A stretch of 64,000 nt of DNA from Actinomycetota bacterium (GTDB lineage Bacteria; Actinomycetota; Actinomycetes; S36-B12), in the NCBI GenBank assembly GCA_003456155.1, contig DMPC01000164.1, forward strand, positions 1,378 to 65,377. The letters run 5' to 3'. Below, in pieces: positions 62,331 to 64,000 of the stretch; positions within the stretch are counted from its first letter, which is position 1, and each line of letters starts with the position of its first letter. Both the position numbers and the translations under genes were made by a program. The notes under the pieces are model-generated. The model had not been told where the DNA came from, searched no databases, and saw only the letters and a program-made list of their open reading frames with translations.

Positions 62331-63358
62331 GGTCTCTCCGCCACGAGGGCATCGACATGCTTCACACCGTCCGGCTCGACGACGCAACACTCGGTCACGA
62401 GGGCATCGATGAGACGCGATGGGGTCACGTCGAAGGCCGGATTGAATCCCCGCGCACCCGGGGGCGCCGTGGCCACACCGGCGAGGGACGTGACCTCGGC
62501 ACCGTCGCGGAGCTCGATGTGGATGTCATCGCCCGACGGCGTCGACAGGTCGACCGTCGAGGAGGGGGCGGCCACCACGAAGGGGATTCCGGCATCAGCG
62601 CAGGCCAGGGCCACGCCGAGCGAGCCGATCTTGTTCGCCGTGTCGCCGTTGCGCGCGATGCGGTCGGCTCCAATGATGGCGACGTCGACGAGACCGCGAA
62701 GGATGGTGCTTGCGGCCGCTCCGTCGACCTGGACGACGTAGTCGATCCCGTCCTCCTGCAGCTCCCAGGCCGTGAGCCGCGAGCCCTGCAGCAGCGGCCT
62801 GGTCTCGTCCGCGTAGACGATCTCGAGGGCATCCCGGGCATGCAGCTCACGCACGATCCCGAGGGCAGTGCCCCAGGCGGTCGTCGCCAGGAAGCCGGTG
62901 TTGCAGTGGGTCAGGACGCGCACGCGACCCCTCCCGGTGCGCGCCAGGATCCAGTCGGCGCCGAGCCGGGACAGCTCACGGTTGGCCGCCTCGTCCTCAC
63001 GCATGATGGCGTCGGCCTCCGCGAGGACGGCCTCGACGCCCCGGTGGATGAGCGGGGATACCCGATCGGCGCCCCAGGCGAGGTTGACGGCCGTGGGTCG
63101 CGCATCACGGATCCGACGCACCTCACCCGCCAGCCGCCCCGGTGCCCATCCCTCGCGGGCACCCTGGAGCATGGCCACGGCGACCCCGAACCCACCGACA
63201 GCGCCGAGTGCGGGAGCGCCGCGGACGACCAGCCGCTGGACGGCATCGACGACCTCGTCGACCGAGCGGCACCTCGCGTAGACCAGCTCCCCCGGGAGCC
63301 GGGTCTGGTCGATCAGCACCAGGCTGCCGTCCTGCACATCCCACTCGACCGCACGCAT
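62327..63358 (-). CDS. mtnA: S-methyl-5-thioribose-1-phosphate isomerase (eIF-2B-like family)
   Basis: Track ORF 62327..63622. Start at Met89 (MRAVEWDVQDGSLVLIDQTRLP). Motifs RGAPALG, HCNTGFLAT, ETRPLLQGSRLTAWEL and GADRIARNGDTANKIG. Confidence 0.85.
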   Translation of the reverse strand: MRAVEWDVQDGSLVLIDQTRLPGELVYARCRSVDEVVDAVQRLVVRGAPALGAVGGFGVAVAMLQGAREGWAPGRLAGEVRRIRDARPTAVNLAWGADRVSPLIHRGVEAVLAEADAIMREDEAANRELSRLGADWILARTGRGRVRVLTHCNTGFLATTAWGTALGIVRELHARDALEIVYADETRPLLQGSRLTAWELQEDGIDYVVQVDGAAASTILRGLVDVAIIGADRIARNGDTANKIGSLGVALACADAGIPFVVAAPSSTVDLSTPSGDDIHIELRDGAEVTSLAGVATAPPGARGFNPAFDVTPSRLIDALVTECCVVEPDGVKHVDALVAERP

Positions 63359-63514
63359 GCCCCTCAGGCTAGTCCGCTCCCCCACCGCCTGTGACCCACG
63401 ACATAGGACGTCCACATATATCCGGCCGCGCCGCCCCTCCCGAACCTCGCTAGTCTGGGCGCAACCCCGGGCACCAGAAGCCAGGACCCGGCGAGCGAGA
63501 CCAGAGGAGGTCGC

Positions 63515-63910
63515 GTGGCCACGCTTTCGGTCGGCACGCTGTATCGCGGCGGCGAGGGGATGTGGACCTGGGTCCTCCACCGCATCACCGGCGTCTCGGT
63601 CTTCTTCTTCCTGCTCGTCCACGTCATGGACACGGCGCTCGTGCGGGTCTCTCCTGAGGCCTACGACCTTGTGATCGCGACCTACAAGACGCCGATCGTG
63701 AACCTGCTCGAGGTCGGACTAGTGGGGGCAGTGCTCTACCACGCGTTCAACGGTCTGCGCATCGTGCTCATCGACTTCTGGTCCAAGGGCCCGCGCTACC
63801 AGCGGCAGATGACCTGGGTGATCGCGGCCATCTGGCTCGCCCTCATGGTCCCCGGCACCTTCTTCATGATGAAGCACACCGTCGAGGCCATGTTCGGGAG
63901 CACCGTATGA
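63515..63910 (+). CDS. sdhC: Succinate dehydrogenase cytochrome b subunit
   Basis: 131 aa. GTG preceded by AGAGGAGG. Heme-His context HRITGVSVFFFLLVHV. Three TM segments. Confidence 0.85.
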   Translation: MATLSVGTLYRGGEGMWTWVLHRITGVSVFFFLLVHVMDTALVRVSPEAYDLVIATYKTPIVNLLEVGLVGAVLYHAFNGLRIVLIDFWSKGPRYQRQMTWVIAAIWLALMVPGTFFMMKHTVEAMFGSTV

Positions 63911-64000
63911 GCACCACAGCCCAGCCTGGTCCCGTCAGCATCCCCGCTCCCCGGTCGAGCCAGCGCACCCGGCAGCGCAGCAACTTCGAGCTCTACTCGT
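63907..64000 (+). CDS. sdhD: Succinate dehydrogenase membrane anchor subunit, 3'-truncated by window edge
   Basis: ATG overlaps the sdhC TGA (ATGA). Translation MSTTAQPGPVSIPAPRSSQRTRQRSNFELYS is open to the window end. The call rests mainly on its position after sdhC. Confidence 0.55.
   Translation, partial: MSTTAQPGPVSIPAPRSSQRTRQRSNFELYS

Noticed and set aside
1-64000. Mobile elements, prophage, defence systems, toxin-antitoxin pairs and biosynthetic gene clusters.
   Set aside because: No transposase, integrase, recombinase, Cas, restriction-modification, nuclease/ATPase defence-type, PKS/NRPS or small paired TA-like ORFs were recognisable in any frame. Every large ORF has a metabolic, transport or regulatory assignment.

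Overview
High-GC actinobacterial chromosomal window, almost entirely coding. I call 59 CDS and see no rRNA, tRNA, CRISPR array, transposase or integrase. A conserved backbone is recognisable: punA, a phospho-sugar mutase and deoC (1-3213), add (47161-48285), a BMP-type nucleoside ABC importer (50951-55874), cdd (59266-59676) and sdhC/sdhD (from 63515). Two blocks interrupt it. (i) A ~43 kb accessory catabolic block (3278-46579) holds thiolases, AMP- and ADP-forming acyl-CoA synthetases, Zn-ADH, ALDH, an SCPx-thiolase/DUF35 pair, an MBL-fold lactonase, a split transketolase, gldA, an F420-type LLM oxidoreductase, six SDRs in the window overall, a Baeyer-Villiger monooxygenase, a rhodanese, a TetR, two APH-type kinases, two paralogous sugar-type ABC importers whose double ATPase is fused to a permease, and two GAF/AAA+/Fis-HTH regulators. 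(ii) A complete methionine-salvage gene set (55999-63358) is wrapped around cdd. Best candidates for something undescribed: (a) a tightly coupled hyuA-hyuB-kinase-class III PLP enzyme operon (31881-38047), which joins an ATP-dependent ring-opening amidase to an amino-alcohol kinase/phospho-lyase-like pair; (b) a recurring TTGGGACAC / TTGAGAC box family in at least five divergent promoter regions, next to two bEBP-like regulators that have lost GAFTGA and Walker B; (c) the fused NBD-NBD-TMD ABC importers; (d) mtnA translationally coupled to a second class II aldolase (possible DHAP-shunt branch) alongside an MTA-deaminase/MTI-phosphorylase entry into methionine salvage. All functional calls rest on motif recognition in the supplied translations. 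No database search was run.
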